Origin: Podospora anserina
Taxonomy: Eukaryota
Direction: 5' to 3'
Assembly (NCBI GenBank): GCA_017654855.1
Contig: CM030334.1
Location: forward strand, 744,001-808,000
DNA: 64,000 bases
Shown here: positions 24,844 to 38,363 of the stretch, piece by piece
Layout: every line of letters begins with the position of its first letter
Numbering within the stretch: the first letter of the stretch is position 1
Translations under genes and position numbers: made by a program
The notes under the pieces: generated by a model
Database searches by the model: none
Told to the model about the DNA's origin: nothing
Seen by the model: only the letters and a program-made list of their open reading frames with translations

Positions 24844-25483
24844 TTACTTTTACAGTAGTATAATTATTAAAGGAATTTATTAATAAAAAATGAAAATTTC
24901 AAATGCGTTTTTTAGTATGCTGTAATTGAGGTGATGGTAATGGCGAGGAGTATAATTCCCTTAAATGGAGTTTGTTTTATTAAACTTTGGGAAGATCGGC
25001 CCAAGCAAACAAAGCGGTTCAGTCGTTAGACGGGCAAATTACTGCTTGGCTTGAGTCGTTATAACCCCTGCGGGAGGCGCACCCCTTAATGACCCCTGAG
25101 TTTATGCGTAGGTACATTAACCCGTGATGCCTTGACTTTGATACAACACTGGTATCGCAACACAGTTAGAAATGAAAACCATCGTTCCTGTTCGTATCGT
25201 GGCAGAGTCGATGGCATTGAAGAAGTGGGTTGGCTGAATCCTCTTTATGGAGTCATTGACTCCAGTCTATGACGACAGTTAACATTCGTCATGGCATCAT
25301 CACGGCCGATGCCAACCAACAGAAAGCCACCACAGAATTAACTATACACAAAGGCCAAATGGGTCAACCAGTTAGAAATGGACTATTTCATCGCCCAAGA
25401 CGAACGCTCCCGTCAAGAACGGAAAGAAGACACCGAAGAAACACAAAAGACCATCACCACCGCCAACAACACCACGCCTCAAG

Positions 25484-26557
25484 ATGTCAAAGATGATGCC
25501 CACTCTGGAACTCAATCCTCACAAACGGATTCCCCTTCTCAAAATCAAAACACACCACCCCGATCATGAGCCACAGCTCCCCATTAGCGACACAAAGTCT
25601 CACCCCACCCGTCCATCAGCCTCCGACCTACCAGACCCCTCCCCATCAAACAACACCGGCACCATCTACTTCATCGGCACCGCCACCACCATCCTCTCCT
25701 GGCACGGCGCCCGCATCCTAACCGATCCCAACTTCCTCCACGCCGGCGACCACGTCCACCTCGGCCCAGGCGTCACCTCGGAACGTCTCACCGATCCCGC
25801 AGTAGACATCAACGCCCTCCCACCCCTAGATTACATCCTCCTATCCCACTACCACGAAGACCACTTCGACCGCCTAGTCGAAGACTCCCTCAGCCGCCAA
25901 TTCCCCATCATCTCCACCCCCCACGCCAAATCCTGCCTCACCTCCCCTTCCAAACCAGAGCCCTTCCAGAACGTCACTGCCCTGGACTTTTTCGACTCCC
26001 TAATCATGCCCATCGTTCAGCCCACCTCCACCAACAGCAACGGCAAAACCCCTCAAATCAAAGTAACAGCCATGCCAGGGAAACACGTCCCCCCCGGCCC
26101 CCTCGCCGTCGCCAACGACCTCCTCGGCGCTGTCCCACCCACCAACGGCTGGCTTCTAGAACTGGGATACACCACCTCATCCGAAACAGCACAAAACACC
26201 CAAGTAGGCTACAGGATCTACATCTCGGGTGACACCCTCCTCATCGACGAGCTGAAGCAGATCCCACAATGGCTTCACGGAGAAAAGATCGACCTGATGC
26301 TTGTCCACCTTGGCGGGACGACGATCCCGGGTGCAAAGATGCCGCTCTTGATGGTGACAATGGATGGGGTGCAAGGGGTGAAACTCATGAAGATGATGAA
26401 GCCCGACATCACCATCCCAATTCACTATGATGACTATGACGTGATGGTGTCGGGGCTGGATGACTTCAAAAAGGAGGTCAACGGCGCAGGGTTGCAGGAC
26501 AAAGTCGTGTATCTGGATAGGGGGGAGGAGTATCAGTTTCAGGTCAGGGGGCTATAA
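25484..26557 (+). CDS. Metallo-beta-lactamase-fold hydrolase
   Basis: Intact 357-aa ORF with ILTDP, SHYHEDHFD (HxHxDH), ISGDT and PIHYDDY. Confidence 0.9.
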   Translation: MSKMMPTLELNPHKRIPLLKIKTHHPDHEPQLPISDTKSHPTRPSASDLPDPSPSNNTGTIYFIGTATTILSWHGARILTDPNFLHAGDHVHLGPGVTSERLTDPAVDINALPPLDYILLSHYHEDHFDRLVEDSLSRQFPIISTPHAKSCLTSPSKPEPFQNVTALDFFDSLIMPIVQPTSTNSNGKTPQIKVTAMPGKHVPPGPLAVANDLLGAVPPTNGWLLELGYTTSSETAQNTQVGYRIYISGDTLLIDELKQIPQWLHGEKIDLMLVHLGGTTIPGAKMPLLMVTMDGVQGVKLMKMMKPDITIPIHYDDYDVMVSGLDDFKKEVNGAGLQDKVVYLDRGEEYQFQVRGL

Positions 26558-26721
26558 CTGAAAAGAAACAAAAAAAACTTTCAATGGTCTTAAAGTCAAT
26601 GTTCGTATTCGCTAGCAATAAAGATGATGGTATCATAACACTCCGTCCCAAACTACAACTAATTCGCACAAGCATTCTGTCTCTCCTTTGGCCATGGCGC
26701 TGTTGCGTCTATTCAGGGAGC

Positions 26722-27289
26722 TCAAGCCCTCATGGGGGCCTGTCCCTGATAGCCCATCTTGTCCGGCACACCTCCCTGCATCGCGTCCCTGCGCTTCTCC
26801 ACCTCCTTGTGCGACTGGATCACACCGCAGCAAGGGCAGCAGCAGGCGACAAGACAGTCGGTGCACCCGCTTCCCTCGATTCTATGCTTGGATCGGACCT
26901 CTCCACGCTGAAGGCATTCGAGACTGTGTTGCACAACAAGTCAGTACAGGTGCTGTTGGGAGAAAGCCATGAGGAAGAGGTTACTAACATCCATCCCCAG
27001 CCGCCACAAAAGTTCAAGCCACACCAGGCACATCCCCACATGCCACATCCGCTAGGTGAAGGGTTCGAGGGGTTCTCGAGAAGCTCATGAGTCTTGTTCA
27101 CCACTGTCCACCCATATGGTCAGCCACTAATCGATACACACCAAGCAATGGGTGAGGAGAGTTGAATGAATGGCAAGACTCACGAATACAAGGGCAGCAG
27201 CACCCCATCCAGAAGTGCCCACCAGAGCAACATCCACAGAGGCCATCTTGCCACTCTCCTTCCTTGATGACGGTGGGTTGGTGAGACAT
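26722..27289 (-). CDS. PLAC8 family Cys-rich protein (2 introns)
   Basis: Exons give W..GLCGCC...GCCCPC, then R..VR.K..IEGS...DCLVACCCPCC..IQ..KEV. GT-AG introns with branch-site motifs separate them. Confidence 0.88.
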
Positions 27290-29130
27290 GATGTGTTCGA
27301 TATCAGATCCGGTGGGCAACGTTACGTAGAGATGTCGTGTACGGGATAAGTACGAGAGGTAATCGGGTAACAACGGTGACGACGGTGTTCTTGGCATCAA
27401 CCAACAGGATCCGAGACAAGAAAAGAAACTCAATTCCAGTTTTCCTGGGGAAAAAGGGGGGAACTCGGTTCATTTTAAACCATTAGCCCTGGGGGTCGGT
27501 CTCTGTCGTTACACAGCAGCAGCAGCTGCTGCACCCTTGACTGCGCCATGTGTGAGGATCACACTTCGGACTGAGAGTTATTAGGTAGGAGGGGACAAAG
27601 AGGGACCCCGGCTTGCGGCTGATGAATGGGACCTGTGCTGTGATGGTCAGAAGGGAAATGATGTGTCGTTAGTTGACGGCTTGGGCTGTAATGTTGGCCT
27701 TGGCCGCGGCTCGTGATCATGTATGTCTAACCGTTTTGGAAAATGCGGTGCGAGACAACAGAGAAGGTCGCAGCCAAAGGCCTGCTGCCTCTTCGCATTG
27801 TTTTCTCATTTCAACGTCGAACCGCAAAGGTCTGCCAAGAGCTGGGGAAACGGCAGTGGCTTTTGGTTGTCTGGGAAGCTCGGTCTTGTGAAGGGGCGTT
27901 GGTGGGCTGGAGCCTTGCGACTCGGACTCGTAGAAGTGTTGGATCATCGGAGGATGGAACTTTGGTCAGGTATCGTGGCAAGCCAGCGACTCCTTGCCTG
28001 ACTGAACACCTTCATTTTGAGTTTCTCTGTATCCAAGAACTGTCAGCTTACGAGTCAGCTAAGAATTTTCTTCACCTCAATTCTCCATTCTAGAAATGTT
28101 TCCTCAACGAGGCTCGCAGCAGTTGATGAGATGGTGGGGCTTGGCTTTGGAACCATTGAGACCACCCGCACAACGCCCCCACAATTGACAGCAGATCATG
28201 CAGGGTCCCGTCGTACCTGATGGTTTGGGACCTCCCAACTGCGACCAAAAACAAACTGAACAGTTATTTCGTCGTAGAAAAAATCAGACTCGAAAGGGAT
28301 TGAGGTAGGTAGTCAATACCTACTGACCTAAGGAAGTGTCGGGGTCCTTTTTCATTGACAAAACACCCGAGAGCACCTTGCGGGGAAAGCAGATCACTGC
28401 ATTCCCCCCACAGGTAGGGCTGCTAGCGCACGGCCCAACCGCTGTGCCGGAAATAGCCCACTGTGCTACTCATCACTTAACGAGGCTCGGATGAATATCA
28501 ATGCCCGCTTCTCCATGAATGACATGATTGAGCCGCCAGCCTACCGCTGATGACCTCCGAAACAGATCTATATCTCCCAGTCGGCCGAACCACGGTTCCT
28601 CGAGAGATATACATGGAAATATCTTCTTGGCGTAACCAAGAGATGAAGCTCTCGATACGAAGGCCTGTTGTCAGGGTCACCAAGTGGGTGAGGGTAACAT
28701 GCGGTGGTATTCGCCGTGGTGTCACCTCAAGGCCGCCTCAGCCGCACCCCGGAGAGGTGACACAAAGTTCTGACCTCTTTGTCAATCTGAAACCATGCTT
28801 TGTTGATTGCAATGTGCCATAATCTATCTACTCATCACCACCATTACTTTTATTGACCTCGAAATATCACCACATGCGTTTCCGGGAGCCAACGATGTAG
28901 TCATGAAGTGAGGCCCTACACAATTACGAAGCCCCAGAACGGATATGCCCATGTATGGTTCAAGATCTCGTCACGGCTGGTCGCTGCAGGTGCATGTCAG
29001 GTCTGATACAGTGTATACGTTCGGATTGCTGCAATGTCTACCTCCATTGTCCCCCCATTACACAACAAAATTTACATCCATGCAGATCTTCTTTACAATA
29101 CCTATCCGCATCCCATCTTTACTATGCCAA

Positions 29131-32100
29131 CTAGTGATCAGCCTGCGATTTACCCAGATTCCCAACAAGGCAGGCCAACAACGCCAAACCCCCACCACCA
29201 CCAGGTTGTGAGCTCATCTCATTCTTTATAACAAACCCCTCCTCCACGGTGCACTCTCTTTCCTCAACACAGCTCTTTCCCTGCCCACACTCCTTCATCA
29301 TGACATGGTTGTTCTGATCGACAGAGTTCTCCTTCTCAGTAGACACCTCCCCCTCAATCTGCTTCTCCACAATGCACTCCTTCTCCTGAACAATATCCTT
29401 CTCCTGAACAATATCCTTCTCCTGAACAATATCCTTCCTCTGAACATACTTCTCCTCCAATACCTCGTTCTCGGGAGAAAACTCCTTCTTTTCACTATCG
29501 CCATCCGCATCGCGACACATCAGCCAGTCATATGCCTCTTGATTGATCTTCCGAGTGGTGGATCTGCGGTAAAACTCCTCGTTTCTCTTGTGCTGAGCGG
29601 CCAAGGCCTCGGTAGCCTTGCGGTGCAACAGAGCCGACTGATCGATCTCGTCCAGGTCGTCATACGCCATCGTGGGCCAGTCGTCAGACAACGAAGTAGA
29701 CCAATCCTCATTGTCGGGGATTTCGGCATGCAGCCAAACAACCTGTCCATTCCCGCTGCAAAGATCGTTCCCATCCCCATTCTCACTGATAGCGGATGGT
29801 GAGCGGTCCATGCAGGCAGCGTACATCCGGCGAAGATGCTCACTTCGGTGCTTGAAATGCTCGGAATACGGCATATCTCCAGACATCAGGATTATCTCCC
29901 CTAAACGCGCTCTGGTTAGAGCCACGCACAACCTATTAGGATCGTCAAGAAAATCAGTCGATCTCTCCTTCGAGAGATCCAAAAACACAAAGTCAGCCTC
30001 GTGGCCTTGCGAGACATCGACTGTACGAGCTTCCACCCGCTTCTGGGCCCATTGAGGGAGTGTCCTGAGCTCATTCTTATACCGCTGGAAGGCAGCCCTG
30101 TATGGCGATATTATGAGGATGGTGCCGGGCTCCATCCTGTCCGGCTTGCGAAAATGTTGATCAGCCAGCAACTCCTTGACACGAGCCATCACCCAAGCCG
30201 CGTGGCTGGGATTCCAGCATGATGTTCCCTCCGCCTTTTCTCCGACAGATCCTTTTAGATGAACAATGAGTCTCGGTACTCCGCACGGCTTATTGCCAAT
30301 GAGCCGGCTTAGATAGTTGCGGACATGAACGAGCGGGCGGTTTTCCGTTTTTGCTGTTCCCGAGACCATGCGTCCGTTGTACCAAAGACCGGATGCCAAC
30401 CGATGAAGGCTGCCATAGGCACGGTGATTGATCAAGAGTTCATGACGAATCACCCGGGCCCTGGCCGCGCGTTCCATCATCGAAATTTGCATTTGTCGCG
30501 CGTAGGGATTCTGAGAACCGGAGCCCGCAGAACCGACGTAAGGTACAGTTTGCCGATGATCGCCGCAAAATATCCAGGCGACCGGGTTGAAGTTTGCAAT
30601 TGCCACCAAGTTGCACAGCTCTCGGGCATGAGGCGACTCATCAAAGAACACCAAGTCGGGCTTGAACATGCCCTTAAAATGATTAGACGCAGCCACAGGG
30701 GTTGTCGCAATAAAGTCGGCGTCGGCTAGGGTGTCTCGGTACAGATCGTATACTAGATTGCGAAAACGGAGGGGGACCACGAGGCATTCCTCCTCACCGA
30801 ACAACTCTTCTTCCATGTACTTCTTGATCGGCTCATACTCCGTATCCTTGTGTGCTTCATAACGCTCCCAGGCCGCTTCGTCGAGACTCGGGGCTCTGCA
30901 ACTGGTCTCGGAGTTTTGTCCAGTGGTCATCTCTTTGACAGTCGCAAGGAATTGGTTGGTGAAGTCGGCATTGGCAATTCCGCCCGCCGCGGCGTCCTCC
31001 GCTTGGTTCAGCTTAGAGCTCCGGTTCACCTCAAAACCCCAACCCTTCATCCGAATGATCGACTTCTTCATGCCCAGATCTTGGTACAGGCGGACCATTC
31101 GGTTCGCAACATCGTCGACAGGACTGTTCATATCGACGATGAACAAAACTTTTGCCGACTCATTCGGACGCTTCCCAAATCGTACCATGGGCTCAGATTG
31201 AGCCATGGCGATAGTGAACAGATTGAAGTGCGTCTTACCCGCACCAGGCCCCCCTGGGAGAACACAAATACCGCATGGTAGATGGTCAAAGCCGTGAAGA
31301 TAAGCCTCCTTCTGCTGTTGGTTTAGCATATGAAACCTCTTGCCGAGGGGCGTCTCAAACCAGCCAGGCCGGTCAAGAGCCTTCTTCATGTGTGGCAGTT
31401 TGTCATGAAGGTTGACGCGGAAAGCAGGGTTTGTCAAGGTGACAAAGTAGTTGAATGCGTCCAGTTGTCGATCCGTCGCGTTCTGGTAACGACCATGGAG
31501 AGACACTAACGCTCCAATTTCAGAATCTTTGGTTGATTCCGAGGCGAAGAGATGGAAATTGACCTTGACGACGTTGGTTGGGTTCAGCTGAGAGACCAGA
31601 TCAATTTGGTCTGCAACAATCTTGTGATTGTGAGAATCGCGACGCAAACCAGAAGAGTTCCCAACCGAGGAGGCGATGGGTGAAATGGTTGATGATGAGG
31701 AGGCTGCTGGGGAGAGACGCTTGGGACTAGTGGCCGCCGAACCGGAAGATGACCCAGTAGAGTCGATAATGGGTTTGTCCAAGACCTCATGATGCTGTGC
31801 AGTCGGAACGATTACTTTGTATGCGGGAAGCTTTGCCAGCGGCGAGCTGCTCGATCCCAGAATGGCAACTAGATTCTCAATGCGAGCGACATCCCAGTAT
31901 CCGCTGAAAGTACCATCCGCAAAGGCGATTCTCACTTTGCCACCTCCACCTTGGGATGGCATCTTGCTATCGCCGTTGGAGCCTGGCTGAACGAGAAGGA
32001 GGTATTCGCTGCGCTTTGTGGTTTGCCGAATACGAGTAATGAGCCTGTTAAAAGGCCGTGTTAGTACTTGATAGAGCAGGGGGCTTGAATGAAGACAACA

Positions 32101-32243
32101 TACCAAGCATCGAACTTGAGGCCCTGCCCATTGATCTCATCGATCAACCGCGCATCTTGAAGGAACTCATGCTCCGTTCCAGCCTTGTGGATGCGCGCAA
32201 ACTCGGCGATGGAGCTGAAACTGTAAATGGGAGAGGACTCCAT
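29131..32243 (-). CDS. Superfamily 1 helicase, Upf1/DNA2/NAM7-like
   Basis: LNQQQ Q-motif, GGPGAGKT, FFDES, GDHRQ, SMMER, IISPY, TVDVSQGHEAD, RLCVALTRAR. Exon 1 (32243-32104) is spliced in frame via intron 32103-32045. Confidence 0.9.
29378..29446. repeat. 18-bp coding tandem repeat (EKDIVQ)n
   Basis: TCCTTCTCCTGAACAATA x3 plus degenerate flanking units in the helicase C-terminus. Confidence 0.85.
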
Positions 32244-33491
32244 GATGGTCGACTGATGCTGTATAGGTGTTGTGTTAGTGACTCAGGTCGCGTGCTTGGG
32301 ATTTGCGAAACAGGGAGCCTTCTGAGAGTCCGACAAGAGTGGAAGGGAAGCCGGCGGGGTGGTGGGGGAGAATGTCGTGGTTGTGCCTTCCAAAATGGAT
32401 GACGGGGATTGCGGTGGGTGAGATATGCGAAGCCCAATGGAAACCCAAGAGACTGAATTGCAAAAAGAGGTGATCGGAAAGAAGCAATCGATGTGGTGAA
32501 AAAACAACAAGAGACTGGCTCCTTTGGTGCTTGGGATAAAAGAAGAGAGAGGAGGAAGAAGGGAAGAAATTCCCACGCAGCCTGCCTTTATGGCACAGAA
32601 GAAAAAAAGACTGCTCCGCCAGAGGTCGTGGGGCAAGTCTGTCAGTCTATTCACTTATTCATTCACCCGCCATCACAATAGGTGATCTCCTATTGTGTTC
32701 TTGCTCTTGATGTGCTCATTGGCCATTTTAGTGGACGGCTGGGACGACTGTGCTCCGGAAGTGAACGAGGGTGCTCCGAGTGTGGGTGAAGGTGCTGCGT
32801 GAGTGGGTGAATGATGTCGGCGCAAGTGGGTGGATGTGGTCGGCGTGAGGGCAGGTTGCTTAACGCGGCTGGGAGCAAGTCGATCGGTCGTGCTCGGCGG
32901 CAGAGAAAATTCTTCAGTGGTTGGAAGCCAACCAAATTGCTCATCCTGACCAAAAGTTCAGACAAGATGTCGATGTCTGAGGTTTGGCAGAGCGACGGGG
33001 TATTCAGGTGGAATCATGATGCTTTGTTGGGAGGAAGACAGAAGTAGATGGAAAGAAGCAGGTGGAAAGTACCAGTATACTTAGGTGAAGTCGGTTCTTA
33101 TCCAAATGATAGATGGCCCTGGAAGACTTGGGACGATAAAGTCCCCGTATCGTTTTCACCAGCTGGTTTATTAACTTCAGGTTGAGCCACAACAGCCTGC
33201 TCATGTACAGTTTGATTTTGGCAACAGCAGCAGACAAGGAAGGTGCCAGTTTATCAGTCTGGCTGCCACAAAGGTTGAAATGCCAAAAGAAAAAACCAGG
33301 GGTATATTGCTAAATATAGAAAACACACTAACTATTGCTATCTTGCTGGGTGATCACAGCAGACTCCTCTCTCTCGGCCACTTCTATTATCCTAGCCAAC
33401 TTCCAAATAATCCATCTGTGTTTGAACTTTGAACTTTGATCCCCCATTATCATGAGCTCTTGCCTGTCATCATGTGCCATCACGATCATCA

Positions 33492-35369
33492 TCAATCCAC
33501 CAGTGCCGGCTGTTCGGACCTCCCTGCTTGACCCCCCTTCTCACGTCGATAGTAGTGGATATGCTGCTCGTCATGCTGATTGCCTCGGCGACGCTTGCGA
33601 AGGATGGCCGCAACAAACGCCCCGACCACACTGAGTAGCGTCAACACCAGAGAATACAACCCAATCAAGAAGCCAAGGATCTCCGAAGTCTCGCGAAGAG
33701 GCGGCCGAGCAAAATCCAACGGCATGTTGTTGTTGGGACCTTGCCTGTTGATGGTCAGCTCGGCACAGACGATCGTGTCCAACAACAGCACAGCTAGCAA
33801 AATGGCCCAGGGGATATTCCACAGGGTGAACTGAGTTGGCGAGGTTGTTCTGCTTTGGTATCGATGTCTGATTGTTCGGGACTGAGTCTGGTGAATGCAG
33901 GAAAGGATCTCCTGCGTGTGTCGACCACGAGCTTTGCAAGAGTAGCCTGGTGAGCTCCGGACATCATAGACGTACTCCCCTTGACCTGATTCGACTGACT
34001 TCTTGCCCTTCCTCTTCCTCTCCTTCTGGCGTAGACCAAGTGCAGCGGGGCCAAAAAAGCTGACAAACAAGATAAACAGGGCAACGGCCGTGGTGATGAC
34101 AGCGACGATGCAAACTCCGACGGTCCAGACCCGAAGAAAGGTGGCAAACCCTGCATCTGCGAAAGGCTTCTTCGGCGCCAGGACAAAGTAAACGGTTGGA
34201 ACATTGTCACAGGCGCCACCTTGCTTGTTGCCATTGCGGATAAGTGGCCAGTTTAGTGCCGCCGTCCCAAACATGTACATCGACCAGATGAAGAGCCCGA
34301 TGGCAGCCGTCAGCTGGTCTTTGTAACTGGTTGTCAGCAAGAAATGCCGGAAGGCATTCTTGGGTCGTCGTGCTCGGCGCTTGATGACGAGTTCTTCAGA
34401 CGCAATGAGGGCAACCTCATGCTCAGCGGCTCGGGCTTCGGCCACGGAGTGGTTGGAATGGACCAATGCCGCAACGTAGAGATCCCGGAGCTTGTCAATA
34501 TCGGCGCGGGTGGGAGCGGCTGCAATTTCCTCGATCAGCTCAGTGTTGTAGACTGTTGTCACGGCCCCTCCGTCGGTGTTGTTCCCCAGCTGAGAGCCGT
34601 CCTCGGCCGGGACCTCGATCTGCTCATGCCAGTGGGAGACGTAGTGCTGTACCGCATGAACAAGGGCTTCTTGTGCAGCGTCATGATCTGCGTCTGCTTC
34701 CTCCGCCGCCGCATGTAGAGCAAATGCTTTCAAAACATCGGAATAGGCTCGTGCTCGTGCCACATCCAGCTCTGTCACTGCTGACTGTCGACAACGCTGA
34801 AGACGCTCTCGATATTCTGTGTCGGTCTTGGCTCCCCGCCTCCCATCAACCACCAATGCCTGTCGGAAGAGAACAGTGAAGACGAAGTAGACTGGATACC
34901 AGAGCACGAGCTGGATCAAGATGGCGTAGTCAATGATAATCAAATTGTAGTCCACAACGTTGAGGAACATGGACAGAAAGAGGGACAGGGCCAGAATACC
35001 CCATGCGCCGTGCCAGAAACGGAATTGCTTGTCAACGCCAAACAGGACGGCAACAATGGCAGCGATATAAAGCAGGTAGAATCCAACACGAATTCCCGTG
35101 CCGATGAGCATCTGATCACCAAAGATATGACATGGTTGAAAAGAGGTCACCGCACTCAGTTCGTCGGTCCCCACGAAGCCGGTGCTGGTGATGCCCACGA
35201 AGTAGCCCATCGAGTGCAAGTGAGTGGTGATGTTGCTGTGGTACCAGGATGTGTTGATGATAAAGGATGGAGTTTGACTTCCAGGGAAACCCACAGGGAA
35301 ATGGACGAGGGGCTCTTGAGCGGGAACATGCTCGATCTCATGGAGGCTGCCGACTGGCCTGATAGCCAT
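33492..35369 (-). CDS. Multi-pass membrane protein of unknown function (true start may be Met at 35210)
   Basis: 625-codon ORF with an N-terminal G.GIRVGFYL motif, about 7 hydrophobic segments and a long helical loop. Confidence 0.75.
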   Translation of the reverse strand: MAIRPVGSLHEIEHVPAQEPLVHFPVGFPGSQTPSFIINTSWYHSNITTHLHSMGYFVGITSTGFVGTDELSAVTSFQPCHIFGDQMLIGTGIRVGFYLLYIAAIVAVLFGVDKQFRFWHGAWGILALSLFLSMFLNVVDYNLIIIDYAILIQLVLWYPVYFVFTVLFRQALVVDGRRGAKTDTEYRERLQRCRQSAVTELDVARARAYSDVLKAFALHAAAEEADADHDAAQEALVHAVQHYVSHWHEQIEVPAEDGSQLGNNTDGGAVTTVYNTELIEEIAAAPTRADIDKLRDLYVAALVHSNHSVAEARAAEHEVALIASEELVIKRRARRPKNAFRHFLLTTSYKDQLTAAIGLFIWSMYMFGTAALNWPLIRNGNKQGGACDNVPTVYFVLAPKKPFADAGFATFLRVWTVGVCIVAVITTAVALFILFVSFFGPAALGLRQKERKRKGKKSVESGQGEYVYDVRSSPGYSCKARGRHTQEILSCIHQTQSRTIRHRYQSRTTSPTQFTLWNIPWAILLAVLLLDTIVCAELTINRQGPNNNMPLDFARPPLRETSEILGFLIGLYSLVLTLLSVVGAFVAAILRKRRRGNQHDEQHIHYYRREKGGQAGRSEQPALVD

Positions 35370-35989
35370 TCACCAACCGGGGGGGGAAGGGGGGTCGACA
35401 CACGCATGTGCGACATCTGCAGCCCAATACGACCCCGGCTCCGAGATGGGTGAGGTGGGCTTGCTGTGACGAAGCTGAAGGGCAGACGGCCTCGGGCCCG
35501 TGATGGCGGCGCAAGCGGCAGGCGTGAGAGCCGTGATTGGGCAGTCCAGGTTGTAGATGCAGCCCCGCGAGGTTGGGCCAATTGAAGACTTGGCACTCCC
35601 TCTCGCCCGATCGGCATTGGGCAGTGTGCCCAACCTCATCCCTTCTGCAGCCACGAACAACACCACACCGCCTTGGACAACTCAGACCCACGACGACTCC
35701 AATCAGGAGCTGCCCCTCGTTGGCGGGCTGCAGTCGCATGCAGCGGGGTTCAATATTCGGGGCTTCAACTTCTAGCCCATCAGATGACGCCACGGACTTT
35801 TTGACCAAAAGAAAACCTGATGGTTCCTGCCAGGGTCACATCTTGGTTCCCAAAGAACTCTTAGCTCCCATGCTTTAGGATGTCGGCGTCTTGTTCCTGA
35901 GCAAGCGTGACTCGGATAAGAATGAGGCTCGCTGCCTCTCCTCTCTTGGCAGTGCTTTCGAAATCTGTACCTCCAACATCATTTTGAAA

Positions 35990-36933
35990 ATGTCGACAAG
36001 AAGTGTCCTTTTTGCAGGCCTCGAGCTCTTGGTGGTGGTCTGCTCTGCGCAAAAGAACGAGTTCTTCCGGTGGAACACACCGAGGGCAGCTGGCCTGGAA
36101 GGACCATCCCTCGATCGTCGTCAGACAACACCTCCTGGCTATCATCCCGAGTTTGGCTCATGCGGTAGCGGTACAACTTGCGAAAATGCCTGCGGTGCAA
36201 ACTGGCTGTCGTGCAGGGCGTCGACGGAGCTGTCGTTGTTCTGCTACAACCAAGTGGATCTAGGTCAAAGCTGTTGTGAGAATGGTTCAGGGCGTGCCTG
36301 TGACCGTGGATACTATTGCGCATGGAAAGAACTCGGCGGAAGAGTATGGTGCTGTGAAGATGTGAGCTGGCCACTGTTTGTTGGAGATTGCCGAAAGATT
36401 ATCTGACACCTGTTACCAGGGCCAAAGTCTGGAAGAATGCGGTGTGGGCGGAGGGACCACGTCTGCACCCCCTTCATCCTCCACGGCAACCACCTCGGCG
36501 GGCCCAAGCGGCTCAACAGACACCACAACCACACCAACGGACACAGAGAGCGACTTTCCTACCGCAACAGACAGTCAGTGTGCCCCCTCCACCGTCACCT
36601 CAAGGGAAACAACCACCGTGGTCTCAACCTTTGAAGTGACCGTCACTGTTGGGACTGGCGAGTGCAACACGGCATCAACTGTGACTTCCCCCCCAGGCAG
36701 CTCATCCTGGACCGACACCACGATAACGAAGCCACCAACATCCCAAACAACTCACAGACCTACGGTATGTATACGTATTAATGCCCTGGTTTGATGCCTT
36801 GCCATTCATTCGCTGACTGCTTGGGACTTAGAACTCAACGACGACCTCGCCTATCGTCACCGCAGGCAGCAGTGATTTGAGAGTCAATCTTGGCTCATTG
36901 GCACTTTTTGTGCTCGGAGTGATGCTGTACTAA
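35990..36933 (+). CDS. Secreted Cys-rich, Ser/Thr-rich, probably GPI-anchored surface protein
   Basis: Signal-like N-terminus, 10+ Cys domain, S/T stalk and hydrophobic tail (TAGSSDLRVNLGSLALFVLGVMLY). Introns 36362-36419 and 36765-36831 keep the frame. Confidence 0.8.
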
Positions 36934-37383
36934 AGTTGAATATGAAAGCTACCTATGTGGGTGCGTGAATATGACTGCAAATGTGTGAAATGACGACATG
37001 AAGATTGGCTGGCAGCTGAGGTTTATGTTCAGGTTGGATCCTTAGTTGATACCCGGGGGTTGATGGTTAGCTAATACATAAATTTTCTTTACTCTCCTTT
37101 TCTTTCTGCCGCTTATACTTGCCTCTGCTTGGCCTGATGGGTGTTGGGTTATCTGTGCCCTGCGATCTCAAACCCGAGCGGCCCCTCTGCATCACGGACA
37201 TTTCGTGCGACCAGTTTGATCATCCCGCATTTTGAATCGGCTAAGAGACGGGAGAGCTTCTGAATGCCCACCATGGATGGATTGCACCTTTCCGCAGTAT
37301 GTATAAGATGTTCACGCAACTGCGCATCGATGCCAACAAACTTTCTCGGTCCACCAAGTCATTGCATCATTGATTAGTTCAAC

Positions 37384-38363
37384 ATGCACAAACACGGAAT
37401 TCCTCTTCTCTTTGCTTCGCTGGTTACCTCCGTTTCTGCCCAGAGCTGCCGTCTTCACTTTGATGGCCGCGTTCCGCCAAGCTTCGGTGTCGCTGGTTTC
37501 GACACTCCAAATAACTTTTTCAGCGAGACCAATGTGCTCGGAGCTGGGCTCAGCTTCAGCCAGCTCATCCAGCTGCCCGCCATCTCTGCTTCTCTGGTGC
37601 GTTCATCTATCCCGAATCTGCTCCTTATGCGTGCGAAAGATACCAACCAGGAAGCAGTTCGACATTGAGACTATTCCCATAGAAGTGACCATCAGCGACG
37701 CGTCCATCTTTAACGGCCAGACTGGCTTCCGTCGCGCTGAGCTCCTTCCTGCCAGCAACTCTGGCATCGACGACAGCACCACAGGCATCAAGACCCTCCA
37801 TTTCAGCATAGGCAAGGACGCACAACGCCCGCTGAATTTGTCTCACGAATATCAGCTGGTGTTTCTTGAAAGCAACGACTTTAGCACCAATCAGTTCGTC
37901 TTGAAAACGGGCACCATTCTGGGCGGTGACACAGCTGTCGACCCTGATACCCTACAATTATTTGGAAATGTCAACCAAACCCCATCAAAACTTCTCTTCA
38001 GCGTCCCATTTCTGGACGGCGTTTTCCACAACTTTGCTGTTACACTAGACTTTGACACCCTGTGGGTCTCGCTCTACTATCTAGTCACAAGTCTTTGAGC
38101 TTATAACTGACGGACAGAACAACAGCACTACCCAGGTCTTTTTTTCAGCCGGCGGGGATCCCCTCGAGGTCGTGAACCAGGTCATCTCCAACGACGTCAG
38201 CGGGCAAGGACAGTTCCACTTTGGCTTGCTCAAAAAGCCGACTGATGCGGTTGGCGATATTACAAGAAACGGGTTTCAAGAAGACGGTATCGACGAGGGC
38301 ATCATCTTTGGCGGCATCTTCCAAGAGGACAGCTCGGCGGGTTGCGTCAGCTTGCGGCCGTGA
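37384..38363 (+). CDS. Glycoside hydrolase family 131-like secreted protein
   Basis: Signal peptide, FDGR, SIF..QTGFRRAEL, HEYQ, FHNFA, FHFG.LKKP. Introns at 37597-37657 and 38062-38125. Confidence 0.8.

Noticed and set aside
8600-24900. AT-rich block as horizontally acquired, mitochondrial or centromere-specific DNA
   Set aside because: Fully accounted for by nested TEs with RIP-type transitions.
27433-29100. Short ORFs in intergenic DNA (also 32283-33237 and 43422-44298)
   Set aside because: No motifs or convincing exon structure; small genes cannot be excluded.
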